This document shows positions 30,906 through 41,088 of a stretch of DNA of 64,000 bases, piece by piece; positions within the stretch are counted from its first letter, which is position 1; each line of letters opens with the position of its first letter. The translations under genes and the position numbers were made by a program. The DNA is from Bacteriovoracia bacterium (GTDB lineage Bacteria; Bdellovibrionota; UBA1018; CAIPTA01). Location: positions 320,001 through 384,000 of the forward strand of contig JBFWVL010000002.1 of the NCBI GenBank assembly GCA_050246755.1, in the 5' to 3' direction. The notes beneath the pieces are model-generated. The model was given only the letters and a program-made list of their open reading frames with translations, was not told where the DNA came from and did no database searches.

Positions 30906-32066
30906 TTACTCGGCGCTCGTATTATTCGAGGGCACAGCACCGGCTTCGCCGCTCACGCGCTTCTTCAATTTACTTACTTCGGTTCCATCGGGAATACTCG
31001 TAATGTAGTGAGGACGCGAGAGAACGAAGTTTACATCGTATCCGGTAAAATCACAGCTAGGGCCGGCTCCCGTTTTATGCGCCGACCTTGTTAGCGTCTT
31101 GCTGCCTTGCTTTACGCTAACGTTGTACTCGTACGGCTCTACTTCTTTACGCTGATAGCGCCATACTCCGGAATTAAATCGCACACCCACTTTATCGCAG
31201 TCGCCAACTTTAACCAGGGAGTCCACGTATAAATCCCCATCGGAAGAAGCATCACCGAGGATCCTAGTTCCTCCGCCAAGCGACTCGCGTACGGAACATG
31301 TGATTTTTAAAGATGCATTACCGTGGTTTCTCTCTCCAAGTTTCGGAGAAATGACCTTAACGCGCCATTCAGGATTTTCATTTGAGTCCACCAAGATATG
31401 TTTTTTGGCCAAGCAGCTGTCCGCATCTCCATAATCAGCAACTGTTAGGATTTTCCCCAGTTGCTGCTTTATGAAATCATTCGAAACTTCCGGAGAAAAT
31501 GCCGCCGCCACGTAACGACGCGAATCTTTGGAATCGTCTTGCTGTTTCATTTCGCGGGCCAGGCGGTAGGCCGCTTCATGGAGAAAGAAAGCAGCGCGAT
31601 CGGTAGGGGACAGTGCTTGGTAGACCGAACGGGAAACTTTCAGCTTGCCGTCGTCTTCATAGTAGCCCACGCCTTCAAGCCGGCAGCCTTCGGGTACGGG
31701 AATGGCGATGCCTTTTCCCAAATCGGCAGAAGGGTTCAGCGCCACTCCGCTGCGAAGAAATTCGTAATTATTCAGAACGTGCGCCACGGACTGCTCGATC
31801 AAGTTCCTGGTAAGCGGATCCGGAGAACGGTTTAGTGCGCGGGACATGGCCGCTACGGAATCGGAATCTCGGGCGACTTCGTAGTCGTAACGAACCTCTC
31901 CTTCATAGAGGTCGAGTAGCTCGGCGCGAGCAATTGCGCCTTGGCTATTCCGGCAGACAACGGCATTTCCTCCGCCGCCATTCACACCACCTTCGGCCGC
32001 CCAGAGACTGGGGGCAAGGGTTGTAGTGGCCAAGAGAGCGAGTAGGGTTACGTTAGTGGCTTTCAT
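30906..32066 (-). CDS. Secreted hypothetical protein (GGGG-xVVC / LLDLYE / HExxY family)
   Basis: Signal peptide, then EGGVNGGGGNAVVC, AELLDLYEG and FFLHEAAY; AAGGAG RBS. Confidence 0.65.
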   Translation of the reverse strand: MKATNVTLLALLATTTLAPSLWAAEGGVNGGGGNAVVCRNSQGAIARAELLDLYEGEVRYDYEVARDSDSVAAMSRALNRSPDPLTRNLIEQSVAHVLNNYEFLRSGVALNPSADLGKGIAIPVPEGCRLEGVGYYEDDGKLKVSRSVYQALSPTDRAAFFLHEAAYRLAREMKQQDDSKDSRRYVAAAFSPEVSNDFIKQQLGKILTVADYGDADSCLAKKHILVDSNENPEWRVKVISPKLGERNHGNASLKITCSVRESLGGGTRILGDASSDGDLYVDSLVKVGDCDKVGVRFNSGVWRYQRKEVEPYEYNVSVKQGSKTLTRSAHKTGAGPSCDFTGYDVNFVLSRPHYITSIPDGTEVSKLKKRVSGEAGAVPSNNTSAE

Positions 32067-32079
32067 AAGATCTCCTTAA

Positions 32080-32107
32080 TAATCGGTTGTTTGGGCTCAG
32101 TACTTGA
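32080..32107 (-). promoter_or_regulatory. sigma28/FliA-like promoter
   Basis: TCAAG-N15-ACCGATTA directly upstream of the RBS of 30906..32066. Confidence 0.55.
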
Positions 32108-32215
32108 TTACTTAAGACAACTATAAAAGAGCTCTCGAATGAAGAATAGATTAAGCTGCTAAATTAAGCATAATTAAATTTAAATATTATCACTTTAAGT
32201 CGATAAGTACTGAGA

Positions 32216-33034
32216 ATGCCAAGCCAATCATTATTTGAATTTAACGATTATCGAGCCTATATTTTGATGCGTTTTGGCGGAAAGGGCCGCCGAGATGGCA
32301 CTCGCTCTGCTGCCGCCAAAACCATTGGCTGCCACTCTACATTTCTCTCCCATGTTCTGCAGAAGAAGGCCGACCTTAATCTTGAGCAAGCCGCTCGCTT
32401 GAACGATTTTTTGCAACACTCCGAGGAAGAGGGCCATTTTTTTCTGCTGCTGCTGCAAAAAGAACGCGCGGGAACCGAGAAATTAAAAAAATACTTTTCC
32501 CGGCAAATCGAAGAATTGATTCAGCGGCGTTCGGTGCTGAGTAACCGGGTTCCGGTGAGCAATAGAATTTCTCCCGAGGCCGAAGCAAAGTTTTATAGCT
32601 CTTGGATTTACGGTGCCGCGCATGTGCTTCTATCGATTCCGCACCTACAGGAAAGAGCGCAACTCGCAGCGTTTCTGCAGCTTTCTGTGGGCGCCACCAC
32701 GGAAATATTAGAGTTTCTCCAAGAAATTGGATTGGCCATTTACAATAATGGTAAATACGCCATGGGGCCAGGACATATCCACCTCGCTGGCGACTCGGAA
32801 AATATCAATAAGCATCATTCCAACTGGAGAATACAGGCATTGCGTTCGCTCGACTTTAAACGTCCGGATGATTTGCACTATTCCGCCGTGGTTACGCTCT
32901 CGAAAGACGATGCGGCACGCGTGAAGGATCTCTTGCTCTCCGGAATGAAGAAAAATATCGAGATCATCCGGAATTCCAAAGAAGAGGAAGCCTACGTCTA
33001 CTGCTTTGATTTCTTCCGGCTGCGCGGTTTTTAG
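32216..33034 (+). CDS. TIGR02147/DUF4423 family HTH regulator
   Basis: LFEFNDYRAY, an N-terminal HTH, FYSSW.Y.A.H and HH.NWR..A motifs, C-terminal YCFDFF. Confidence 0.8.
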   Translation: MPSQSLFEFNDYRAYILMRFGGKGRRDGTRSAAAKTIGCHSTFLSHVLQKKADLNLEQAARLNDFLQHSEEEGHFFLLLLQKERAGTEKLKKYFSRQIEELIQRRSVLSNRVPVSNRISPEAEAKFYSSWIYGAAHVLLSIPHLQERAQLAAFLQLSVGATTEILEFLQEIGLAIYNNGKYAMGPGHIHLAGDSENINKHHSNWRIQALRSLDFKRPDDLHYSAVVTLSKDDAARVKDLLLSGMKKNIEIIRNSKEEEAYVYCFDFFRLRGF

Positions 33035-33089
33035 AAGAGGAAAAGTAGAATTCCTCTCACAAACTGGATAGCATTTGAAATAGGTTCTC

Positions 33090-34511
33090 GTGATTTTAAA
33101 CGCCCTTCTCGCAGTTTATGGTGCCCTCGCGCTAGTGGACATTTTGTTCATGACGGTGCTGCACTTTTTCCACGATAGACGGGGCTACTATAAAACGGCC
33201 GCCGGCATTTGGGTGGGTACCTTTCTCTCCTACGCCGCCGATGGGTTTATCTCCGAGCAGCCGGGCGGGCTCTACCATATTTTTGGGTTTCCTTTTCTCG
33301 CCATCACTTCGTTCAGCCTAGCCAGGCTCACGAGCGATCTTTACGGGTTCCGCTTTCCTTATAAAAAGCTGTTCGCCTTTTTCGCGCTGGCCTGGATTTC
33401 CGGCGTTTCTTTGCATTATATTTTCCGCGCAGGATTCGCTATCGAGAGCCTAGCGATTTGCATAGGGATCGTGGCCCCGATGCTGCTCGCCGCCGGAAAA
33501 CTCCTTTCCTCACCAAAAAAACTGAATGTGATCGATAAAATATTCGGCGTCTCCATTTTGGTACAAGGCCTCCATATTCTCGATTACCCTTTCCTCCGCA
33601 ATATTCCCGAGGCCGCCGTATTCGGCTTCTCGTTCGGGTTGCTCCTCGTGTACGTAATCTCGGTGGTGATCCCCGTGGTGATCAATAAACGAATCCACGA
33701 AGACCTGAATCATTCTCTCGAAGAAAAGGTGAAGGAGCGAACGGCGGAACTACTAGAAGCGAAGGCCCACCTCCTGAACTCGGCAAGGATGGCCGCGCTG
33801 GGTGAAATGGCAGGGGGCGTAGCCCACGAAATCAATAATCCGCTGGCGATTATCAAGATGGTAAGCGCCACCATGACGGAGTCGCTTGGCCAGAAAGCAC
33901 CGGACCGGAAGGAGCTGCGGCATCACGCCGACATGATCGAGCAAACCACGAATCGCATCGCCAAGATCGTCCACGGCCTACGTACTTTTTCCCGCGAAGG
34001 CAGCAATGACCTTTTTGAAGAGGTTCCGCTGGAGCAGGTGATCGGCGACACGATCGGCCTTTGCCAGGAGCGCTTTCGTAGCCACGCGATCCGGCTGATC
34101 GTGGATCAGGTGCCCAAGCAGCTTTCCTTCGAGGGCCGGGCAACGAATATCTCGCAGGTTCTTCTCAATCTTTTAAATAATGCTCACGATGCGATTATTT
34201 CCTTACCGGAAAAGTGGATTCATATCTCGGTACGGGAAGAGGGGAGCTGGCTGGAGGTGCAAGTGACCGACTCCGGCAAGGGCATCCCCACGGAGGTACG
34301 AGAAAAAATTTTTCGCCCATTTTTCACCACGAAAGAGGTTGGGAAGGGCACGGGTCTCGGCTTGAGTGTATCGTTGGGAATTGTGAAAGCGCACCGAGGA
34401 GAATTAACGATAGATGCCACGAGCCCCAATACTCGCTTCTTGCTGAGGCTGCCAAAAAAACAGGCGCGGCAGCCAATTGAGCCACGGCTTTCGTCTGGAG
34501 AAAATCAGTAA
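33090..34511 (+). CDS. Membrane sensor histidine kinase
   Basis: About 7 TMs; [25 protein letters not shown] and [16 protein letters not shown] motifs. Confidence 0.95.
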   Translation: MILNALLAVYGALALVDILFMTVLHFFHDRRGYYKTAAGIWVGTFLSYAADGFISEQPGGLYHIFGFPFLAITSFSLARLTSDLYGFRFPYKKLFAFFALAWISGVSLHYIFRAGFAIESLAICIGIVAPMLLAAGKLLSSPKKLNVIDKIFGVSILVQGLHILDYPFLRNIPEAAVFGFSFGLLLVYVISVVIPVVINKRIHEDLNHSLEEKVKERTAELLEAKAHLLNSARMAALGEMAGGVAHEINNPLAIIKMVSATMTESLGQKAPDRKELRHHADMIEQTTNRIAKIVHGLRTFSREGSNDLFEEVPLEQVIGDTIGLCQERFRSHAIRLIVDQVPKQLSFEGRATNISQVLLNLLNNAHDAIISLPEKWIHISVREEGSWLEVQVTDSGKGIPTEVREKIFRPFFTTKEVGKGTGLGLSVSLGIVKAHRGELTIDATSPNTRFLLRLPKKQARQPIEPRLSSGENQ

Positions 34512-34658
34512 TTCCAGATACTTATCACGTCAAGGAATCAACACATTCCCAACATATTACCTTCATATTTCCCCTTCATACTGGAATACATGGGCGGATC
34601 TCAGGAAGAGAGAGAGCCCTAAAGCAAACTGGTTTCCATTTATATCCCGGGGGGCGAA

Positions 34659-34958
34659 ATGGGCAAAAATTCGGGTGTTAGCGGCAGGTATTTTGAAAGT
34701 GTTGGAGCCTATTTACGGGAGATGCGGGTAAACGCTGGTCTCACACAAAAGTACGTGGCGGATGAACTGGGATACTCTACGCCCCAGTTCGTCTCAAACT
34801 TCGAGCGGGGCGTGGCGCTCCCGTCTTTGAAAAAAATGAAGGTACTGATTCGTCTCTATAACTTATCGATACCAGAATTCATTAGGCTCGTGCTGGAGGC
34901 CGAGCGTAAGCGCATGGCAGACGGACTTACACGCGATAAAAAGCGGGCTTCGCGGTAA
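34659..34958 (+). CDS. XRE-family HTH transcriptional regulator
   Basis: LREMR...GLTQ..VA..LGYSTPQFVSNFERG. Confidence 0.88.
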   Translation: MGKNSGVSGRYFESVGAYLREMRVNAGLTQKYVADELGYSTPQFVSNFERGVALPSLKKMKVLIRLYNLSIPEFIRLVLEAERKRMADGLTRDKKRASR

Positions 34959-35031
34959 CTGCGTCAAAAATCCTTCCCGGGAAGGGGCATAGTGGCTGCT
35001 ATACTGGTGTGAGTAACCAGGGAGAAGCTTT

Positions 35032-35256
35032 ATGCAAAATTACCGGAAAATTCTTTTTACCGCCCTCGTGATCTTCGCGGGCATTCTATCTCTATTCTCG
35101 CTTCGGGCCACCGCCGAGAATAAAGGGATGGCGTACGGGGCTTGCTATACTTTGTATAATTGCCAAGGTGGCAGTATCGGCACCTTCGATGATACGCAGT
35201 GCCGCGCCTATGGGGGCCACTCGATCAATAGCGGCGGTGTTTGCGTAAATCTCTAA
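35032..35256 (+). CDS. Small secreted 4-Cys protein
   Basis: GGAG RBS, signal peptide ending ATA, ~46-aa Gly-rich mature part with four Cys. Confidence 0.65.
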   Translation: MQNYRKILFTALVIFAGILSLFSLRATAENKGMAYGACYTLYNCQGGSIGTFDDTQCRAYGGHSINSGGVCVNL

Positions 35257-35990
35257 GCGAAGATCTTCGCGATAGCGGCTTCATCCATCACGATATAGTC
35301 GCCGGGCTCTAAGTCGATCGGCAAACTCAGGCCGCCGATACTTTCGCGGTGTAGTTCCGTAACGTGGTTGCCCACGGCCGCGAACATTCTTCTCACCTGG
35401 TGATAACGGCCTTCAGTTAGATCGAGGGTGCCGGTAGTGGGAGTTTCCACGATTAGCTTGGCGGGTAAGAGCGGCTTGTCTTCGCTCTCCAGCATCAGAT
35501 TTCCCGCCGCAAATATTTTTTCTTCTTGTCCGCTCATCGGGCGGTCCAGTACGAAACGGTAGCGCTTAGTGATCTGGCTCTTGGGCGCCACGATTTTGCG
35601 CAGGAGCACACCGTCGTCGGTCACGATCAACAGGCCGGAAGTATCTTTATCCAGCCTTCCCACGGTGGATAGCACGGGATCCCGGAGCCGCCAGCGGGGC
35701 GGAAAAAGATCGTAAACCAAATCACCTTCTTCTTTATGGGAGCAAGTCACGCCCACCGGCTTATGCAGGAGAAGCGTGAGGCCGGGCAGGGGATCTAGCG
35801 GCTCCCCTTCGATTTGCATGCGTTCCGGTAAATCTTCCGTAAGCGGAATATGCTGCTCCGATTTTTTCAAAACCTCTCCGTCGAGAGTCACGAGGCCGCT
35901 ATTTACCAGATTCTGTACTGTGCGGCGGGACCCATATCCGAGATTGGCGAGAATGCGGTCTAGACGAAATTTTTTAATTTCTTTGGTCAT
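35253..35990 (-). CDS. RsuA-family pseudouridine synthase
   Basis: S4 domain RLDRILANLGYGSR; LHKPVG, VGRLDKDTSGLL and EGRYHQVRRMF motifs. Confidence 0.93.
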   Translation of the reverse strand: MTKEIKKFRLDRILANLGYGSRRTVQNLVNSGLVTLDGEVLKKSEQHIPLTEDLPERMQIEGEPLDPLPGLTLLLHKPVGVTCSHKEEGDLVYDLFPPRWRLRDPVLSTVGRLDKDTSGLLIVTDDGVLLRKIVAPKSQITKRYRFVLDRPMSGQEEKIFAAGNLMLESEDKPLLPAKLIVETPTTGTLDLTEGRYHQVRRMFAAVGNHVTELHRESIGGLSLPIDLEPGDYIVMDEAAIAKIFA

Positions 35991-35997
35991 TTTCTGC

Positions 35998-36918
35998 TCA
36001 CTTTTTCGCTTCGTAAATCTTGAATCCACTCTGTTCGGCAACCAGCTTAACTTCGCCGAAGAAAGAGCGGAGGATGGCTTCGTAGGGGAGGTGGCGGTTG
36101 GCCACGAGCCAGCAAGAACCCCCCTGGCGTAAGATTTCCGCCCCGCGCTTGAGGAAGGCCTGGCCGAGGCTTTGGTCTTCGATTCCACCATCGTGGAAAG
36201 GAGGATTGGTTACCACGAAATCTAAATTGGCAGGCAAGGCGGCGGTGCGGAGATCCGCCCATTGCAAAGTCACGCGCTTTTCTCCCAGGTTTTTCTGAGC
36301 GCACTCGATGGCCCGGCGGTCGATATCCAGCATCGTCAGGTGCTTTACTTTTTTCGATTGTAAAATGTTTCGGGATAAAAAGCCGATCCCGCAGCCGAGA
36401 TCCGCGCCAACTCCGGCGAGCGCCGGTAAATGCTCTAGCAGCAGACTGGAGCCCAGATCGTGACGATTCCAGCTGAAAACCCCCGGCTGAGTCCAGAGGC
36501 CGATTTCTTCCAGAAAATGGGAGGCGCCTTCTTGGAGGGCGTTCTCTAGCGCGGGAGAATGCATGTTTTCCGGCGGCCGGCATACGCAGATCCGGTGATG
36601 GCTTTTCGCTTCCTCGCTCACCTCGCAGCCAAATTCCGTAAGCTCTTTTTTTAAGCGGGAACCGCCTTTATCCTTTGGCGCCATTACCGTGAGTGTTCCG
36701 TGGGGGGCAAGCGTGCGCAGCGCAAGGGCGAGGGTATACCGGCGGTCTATGGTGCCACCGGGGGCGAGCATCGTCATGGCGGAAACAGTTTGGGGCGCGC
36801 AATTTTCTAAAGAATCTGCGCCAGGGAACAAAGGAGAGTACTGCGTGGCCCCCGGGGGCGAGCCCGCGAGATCTTCGGGAGGGTTTCCAAAAACTCCAAT
36901 TTTCTTCGTTTCCACCAC
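35998..36918 (-). CDS. RsmC-like class I SAM methyltransferase
   Basis: PGVFS...D.GS.LL, DLGCGIG, NPPFH and LVANRHLPYE motifs. Start placed near the GGAG RBS (approximate). Confidence 0.88.
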   Translation of the reverse strand: MVETKKIGVFGNPPEDLAGSPPGATQYSPLFPGADSLENCAPQTVSAMTMLAPGGTIDRRYTLALALRTLAPHGTLTVMAPKDKGGSRLKKELTEFGCEVSEEAKSHHRICVCRPPENMHSPALENALQEGASHFLEEIGLWTQPGVFSWNRHDLGSSLLLEHLPALAGVGADLGCGIGFLSRNILQSKKVKHLTMLDIDRRAIECAQKNLGEKRVTLQWADLRTAALPANLDFVVTNPPFHDGGIEDQSLGQAFLKRGAEILRQGGSCWLVANRHLPYEAILRSFFGEVKLVAEQSGFKIYEAKK

Positions 36919-37164
36919 GCGTGCTCCAAGAAATTCGTCTGCTCTTCTTACAATGCTGGGCGCTGATTGAAAATAGCGGGATTCAGAGAAATTCTTCCAG
37001 CCGCCAAAACAGCGCGTCATTCTATAAATATTATTTATATCCTACTTAGACAAAATGGCTTTTTACACGGCGAAAACGGCCTGTGCGGCCCTTATGCCCC
37101 AGAAGGGAAATTAGGGTGAAATACATACCGGTGCAGCCCTCCGGCGTGCTAGAGTCGGTCCTGC

Positions 37165-37374
37165 ATGAATAAGGAGAAACCAATGATGACCCCGTCTAAA
37201 GTAGGGCGACCTGCCAAAAGCCAGCTGAAGTGCTTCGCCTGCAAGTCTCCTTGTCTGCCTAAAAACGGCGATTGGTTCGTTTCCTTAAAATCCACCGACC
37301 AGCAGGTTTTCTTGTGCCGGGACTGCGAACGCGGCAGCGCCAAAGACTACAAACGCGCTATGCCATTCCGCTAG
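37165..37374 (+). CDS. Small zinc-ribbon-like protein
   Basis: CFAC ... CRDC. An AAGGAG suggests the real start is near 37183. Confidence 0.5.
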   Translation: MNKEKPMMTPSKVGRPAKSQLKCFACKSPCLPKNGDWFVSLKSTDQQVFLCRDCERGSAKDYKRAMPFR

Positions 37375-37381
37375 GTCTCTA

Positions 37382-37397
37382 GGGCACCACCTTTGCA
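37382..37397 (+). promoter_or_regulatory. sigma54-like -24/-12 promoter
   Basis: GGGCAC-CACCT-TTGCA (GG-N10-GC) upstream of the GGAGG RBS of 37419..37607. Confidence 0.5.
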
Positions 37398-37418
37398 TCG
37401 CATTAGGTGGAGGTTCTT

Positions 37419-37607
37419 ATGGGTATCTATTCTGCCGCCGACCTAATACCGCTCATCTACGCTCACTTCGCCTTTATTGTGCTGCCGGGAGTGATTACGG
37501 GGGCCTATACCTGGTGGACCGGCTTTCGCGACGATGAAAACCAAGTATACGGAACAGAAATCATCGAGTTCGAAGTGGAATCTTTGCCTCATCGCCGAGC
37601 AGCGTAG
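37419..37607 (+). CDS. Small single-pass membrane protein
   Basis: GGAGG RBS, one hydrophobic segment, acidic tail ending RRAA. Confidence 0.55.
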   Translation: MGIYSAADLIPLIYAHFAFIVLPGVITGAYTWWTGFRDDENQVYGTEIIEFEVESLPHRRAA

Positions 37608-37632
37608 GTGCATTTCGCCTCGGGTAGCAAAG

Positions 37633-38028
37633 TTATTCGCTTAGCTTATCCAGCCCCTTGATGATGAGCTCCGCCGTGCTGAGATTCGTCGCGAGGGGAA
37701 CGTCGTGGACGTCGCAAATCCGCATGAGCATGGAAATATCGGGGTCATGCGGGTGCATACCGAGCGGGTCCCGTAAGAAAATTACCGCCTGGCAGCGTCC
37801 AGTGGCTACTTCGGCCGCGATCTGCGCATCTCCGCCCAGCGGTCCGGAAAGCTTGCGGGTGATTTTGAGTCCCGCCGAAAGCACGAGGCGACCGGAATTT
37901 CCGGTGCCGATCAGCTTATATTTATGCAGGCTGCCGAGATTATCGCGCACGAAGGTAACAAGTTGCGCCTTTTTTCCGTCGTGCGCGATGAGCGCGATGG
38001 TTTTTTTGCGTGCCGATTTTTTCGCCAT
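37633..38028 (-). CDS. mgsA: Methylglyoxal synthase
   Basis: IALIAHDGKK, SGPLGGDAQI, DPL..HPHDPD and PLATN motifs. Confidence 0.97.
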   Translation of the reverse strand: MAKKSARKKTIALIAHDGKKAQLVTFVRDNLGSLHKYKLIGTGNSGRLVLSAGLKITRKLSGPLGGDAQIAAEVATGRCQAVIFLRDPLGMHPHDPDISMLMRICDVHDVPLATNLSTAELIIKGLDKLSE

Positions 38029-38192
38029 ACAGGGTTCTCCCTACTTAGTTTCACTAGCGCAGGATGGAAGCGCAAGGCTAAAAAAACATTTTTAAGCGGT
38101 GCGTGAAAGCGGGCCTTATTTGTTTAGACCGCTGAAATCCCCTTATACTTTCGCCCATTTCCCATGATATTCCCGAGTAGAGGCAAAATGGA

Positions 38193-39257
38193 ATGAGACT
38201 TTTAATCACCGGCGGAATGGGCTTCGTGGGCTCACGCTTGGCCCTCTACGCTAACGACACTTGGCCCGAAGCAGAAATTATCTGCTTTGATAATTTGCGC
38301 CGCCGCGGATCCGAGAAAAATATCGAAACTCTCCAGGCGAGGGGAATACGATTCGTGCACGGCGATATCCGCAATCCCGGTGATTTTTCCGGCCTAGGAA
38401 ACTTCGACGTTTTCATCGAAGCTTCTGCCGAACCTTCGGTGCACGCTGGCCTGGACGGATCTCCTTCCTACGTTTTCGAAACCAATCTCGTAGGCACTTT
38501 TCATTGCCTGGAATTCGCCCGCCTTCACTGCAAGAAACTGATTTTCCTCTCTACCTCCCGCGTATACAGCATAGAGAATTTGCGCGCGATCCAGCTCACT
38601 GAAAGCGGCCCTCATTTCGTGGTGGCGGCGTCGCAAAAGGAAAGAGGCATCTCCGCCTTTGGCGTGAGCGAAGATTTTTCCACGGCGAATGCCCGCTCGC
38701 TCTATGGTGCCACCAAACTGGCCTCCGAGATGCTGATCCAGGAATACGCCGCCGGCTACGGCCTCGAAAGCGTGACCAACCGCTGCGGGGTGATCGCCGG
38801 GCCGGGCCAGTTCGGGAAAGTAGATCAGGGAGTATTTGCGCTTTGGGCGGCCCACCATTATTTCGGCAAAGCGCTAGAATACAAAGGCTGGAAGGGCCGT
38901 GGGCTCCAAGTGCGGGATTTGATGCATCCCCGCGATCTCTTCGATTTGATCCGTGGGCAGCTGGCGCAGTGGGAAAAAGTAAAGGGCGGAATATTCAATG
39001 CGGGAGGCGGAGCCGAGAACGCCGTTTCGCTCGCGCAATGGACCTCGCTTTGCCAAAAGGCCACCGGGCGAACCACCGAGATAAGGGCCAATCCCGAAAC
39101 GGCGGCGGTGGATATCCCTTACTACGCGAGCGATAACCGCAAAATCGATGCGGCGATCGGCTGGAAGCCGAATTTTTCGGCCGAAAAAATCGCGGGCGAA
39201 ATCACGGCCTGGATTCGCGAGGACGAATCCCAAGCCAAGAAAATTTTTGGAATTTAA
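38193..39257 (+). CDS. NAD-dependent epimerase (CDP-paratose 2-epimerase-like)
   Basis: [22 protein letters not shown] and DQGV motifs. Confidence 0.88.
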   Translation: MRLLITGGMGFVGSRLALYANDTWPEAEIICFDNLRRRGSEKNIETLQARGIRFVHGDIRNPGDFSGLGNFDVFIEASAEPSVHAGLDGSPSYVFETNLVGTFHCLEFARLHCKKLIFLSTSRVYSIENLRAIQLTESGPHFVVAASQKERGISAFGVSEDFSTANARSLYGATKLASEMLIQEYAAGYGLESVTNRCGVIAGPGQFGKVDQGVFALWAAHHYFGKALEYKGWKGRGLQVRDLMHPRDLFDLIRGQLAQWEKVKGGIFNAGGGAENAVSLAQWTSLCQKATGRTTEIRANPETAAVDIPYYASDNRKIDAAIGWKPNFSAEKIAGEITAWIREDESQAKKIFGI

Positions 39258-39280
39258 GATTTGTTCACGCGGGAGAAGAG

Positions 39281-40336
39281 ATGGCAGTAGCGATAGTAAC
39301 GGGATCTTCAGGGTTGATTGGAAGCGAGACCGCTCGCTTCTTGCATGAGAAAGGCCTCGATATCGTGGGGGTGGACAATAACCTGCGCGCGTATTTCTTC
39401 GGCCAAGATGGTTCGGTGGACTGGAACACTGAGCGCCTCCGTAAAGAGCTCCCTCGCTTTACCCACCATAGCGCCGATATCCGCGACGAGGCCGCGATCG
39501 ACGCCATTTTCGCGCAATACGCCAAGGACGTTCAGATCGTGGTGCACGCCGCGGCCCAACCCAGCCACGACTGGGCGGCGCGCGAGCCCATGACGGATTT
39601 TTCCGTGAACGCCACCGGAACACTGGTGGTACTAGAAGCCACCCGCAAACACTGCCCCGGCGCGGTTTTTATTTTCACTTCCACCAATAAGGTATATGGC
39701 GATTTCCCTAATACCTTGCCGCTCCTAGAGAAGGAAATGCGCTGGGAGCTGGATCCCTCACACCCTTACGCCAAATTCGGTATCGACGAATCGATGACCA
39801 TCGATCAGTCCAAGCACAGTATCTTCGGTGCCTCGAAAGTGGCGGCGGACGTGATGGTGCAGGAATACGGCCGTTATTTCGGCATGAAGACGGCCGTATT
39901 TCGCGGTGGCTGCCTCACCGGGCCTGCTCATTCCGGAGCCGAGCTCCACGGATTCCTCGCGTACTTGGTGAAGTGCACGGTGGGCCAGAAGCCGTACACG
40001 ATCTTCGGCTATAAGGGCAAACAAGTCCGCGACAATATTCATTCGTTCGACCTCGTGAACGCATTCTGGAATTTCTTCGAGGCTCCGCGCCCAGGCGAAG
40101 TATACAATATGGGTGGATCGCGCCACGCCAATTGCTCCATGCTAGAAGCCATCGCGATCATCGAAGAAATTTCGGGCAAGCGCCTGGATTTCAAAATTTC
40201 CGGCGAGGCCCGTTCCGGTGACCATATCTGGTACGTGAGCGACGTGCGAAAATTCCAGAATCATTACCCCCAGTGGAAGTATCGCTATGATCTGCGGCAT
40301 ACTCTCGAAGAGATGGTAGAAGCGGCTAAGAGATAG
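39281..40336 (+). CDS. NAD-dependent epimerase (CDP-paratose 2-epimerase-like)
   Basis: [27 protein letters not shown] and FGASK motifs. Confidence 0.88.
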   Translation: MAVAIVTGSSGLIGSETARFLHEKGLDIVGVDNNLRAYFFGQDGSVDWNTERLRKELPRFTHHSADIRDEAAIDAIFAQYAKDVQIVVHAAAQPSHDWAAREPMTDFSVNATGTLVVLEATRKHCPGAVFIFTSTNKVYGDFPNTLPLLEKEMRWELDPSHPYAKFGIDESMTIDQSKHSIFGASKVAADVMVQEYGRYFGMKTAVFRGGCLTGPAHSGAELHGFLAYLVKCTVGQKPYTIFGYKGKQVRDNIHSFDLVNAFWNFFEAPRPGEVYNMGGSRHANCSMLEAIAIIEEISGKRLDFKISGEARSGDHIWYVSDVRKFQNHYPQWKYRYDLRHTLEEMVEAAKR

Positions 40337-40338
40337 GG

Positions 40339-41088
40339 ATGCAGAAGCTATCCGTCGTCATTCCCGCGCATAACGAAGAAGGCAGCATCGTTGGCACAGT
40401 AACCAGCCTGGCCGAAGCTCTCGGGGCCGAAGGTATTCCCTACGAAATCTTGGTGGTGAACGATCATTCCACCGATGGTACCGAAGCGAAGCTGCTGGAG
40501 CTGGCGAAAAAATATCCCGGCGTTCGCCACTTGAATAACCGCCCGCCGAACGGCTTCGGCTTCGCCGTGCGCAAGGGCCTAGAAAACTTCCAGGGCGATG
40601 TGGTGGCGGTGTTCATGGCCGATGCTTCCGATAGCCCGGCCGATCTGGTTTTATTTTATCGTACCCTGGAAAAACAGGGCGTGGACTGCGTTTTCGGCAG
40701 CCGCTTCGCCAAGGGTGCGAAGATCATCGATTATCCCTGGCCGAAACTTCTCCTGAACCGCATGGCGAACTTTTTCATCAAAACCCTCTTCGGTTTCCGC
40801 TACAACGACACCACGAATGCCTTCAAAATGTATCGCCGGGAAGTGATCCTCGGCCTCAAGCCCTTTCTTAGCCATCACTTCAACCTCACGGTAGAGCTTC
40901 CGCTGAAGGCGATCGTGCGCGGATATACGTACGCGGTGGTGCCGAACTCCTGGACGAATCGAAAATCAGGCGTATCGAAATTAAAAATAAAAGAGATGGG
41001 CAGTCGCTATCTCTTCATTGTTCTTTATTGCCTGATCGAAAGGTGGCTCAGTCGTGGTGATTACCGAAAACAGGAAATTTCGGAGTAG
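40339..41088 (+). CDS. GT2 glycosyltransferase (DPM1/ArnC-like)
   Basis: LSVVIPAHNEE, VNDHSTDGT, MADASD and GSRF motifs. Confidence 0.92.
   Translation: MQKLSVVIPAHNEEGSIVGTVTSLAEALGAEGIPYEILVVNDHSTDGTEAKLLELAKKYPGVRHLNNRPPNGFGFAVRKGLENFQGDVVAVFMADASDSPADLVLFYRTLEKQGVDCVFGSRFAKGAKIIDYPWPKLLLNRMANFFIKTLFGFRYNDTTNAFKMYRREVILGLKPFLSHHFNLTVELPLKAIVRGYTYAVVPNSWTNRKSGVSKLKIKEMGSRYLFIVLYCLIERWLSRGDYRKQEISE

Noticed and set aside
30808-35256. tRNA-Arg-anchored integrative element
   Set aside because: The block is AT-richer and accessory-looking, but I found no integrase and no duplicated tRNA 3' end by eye.
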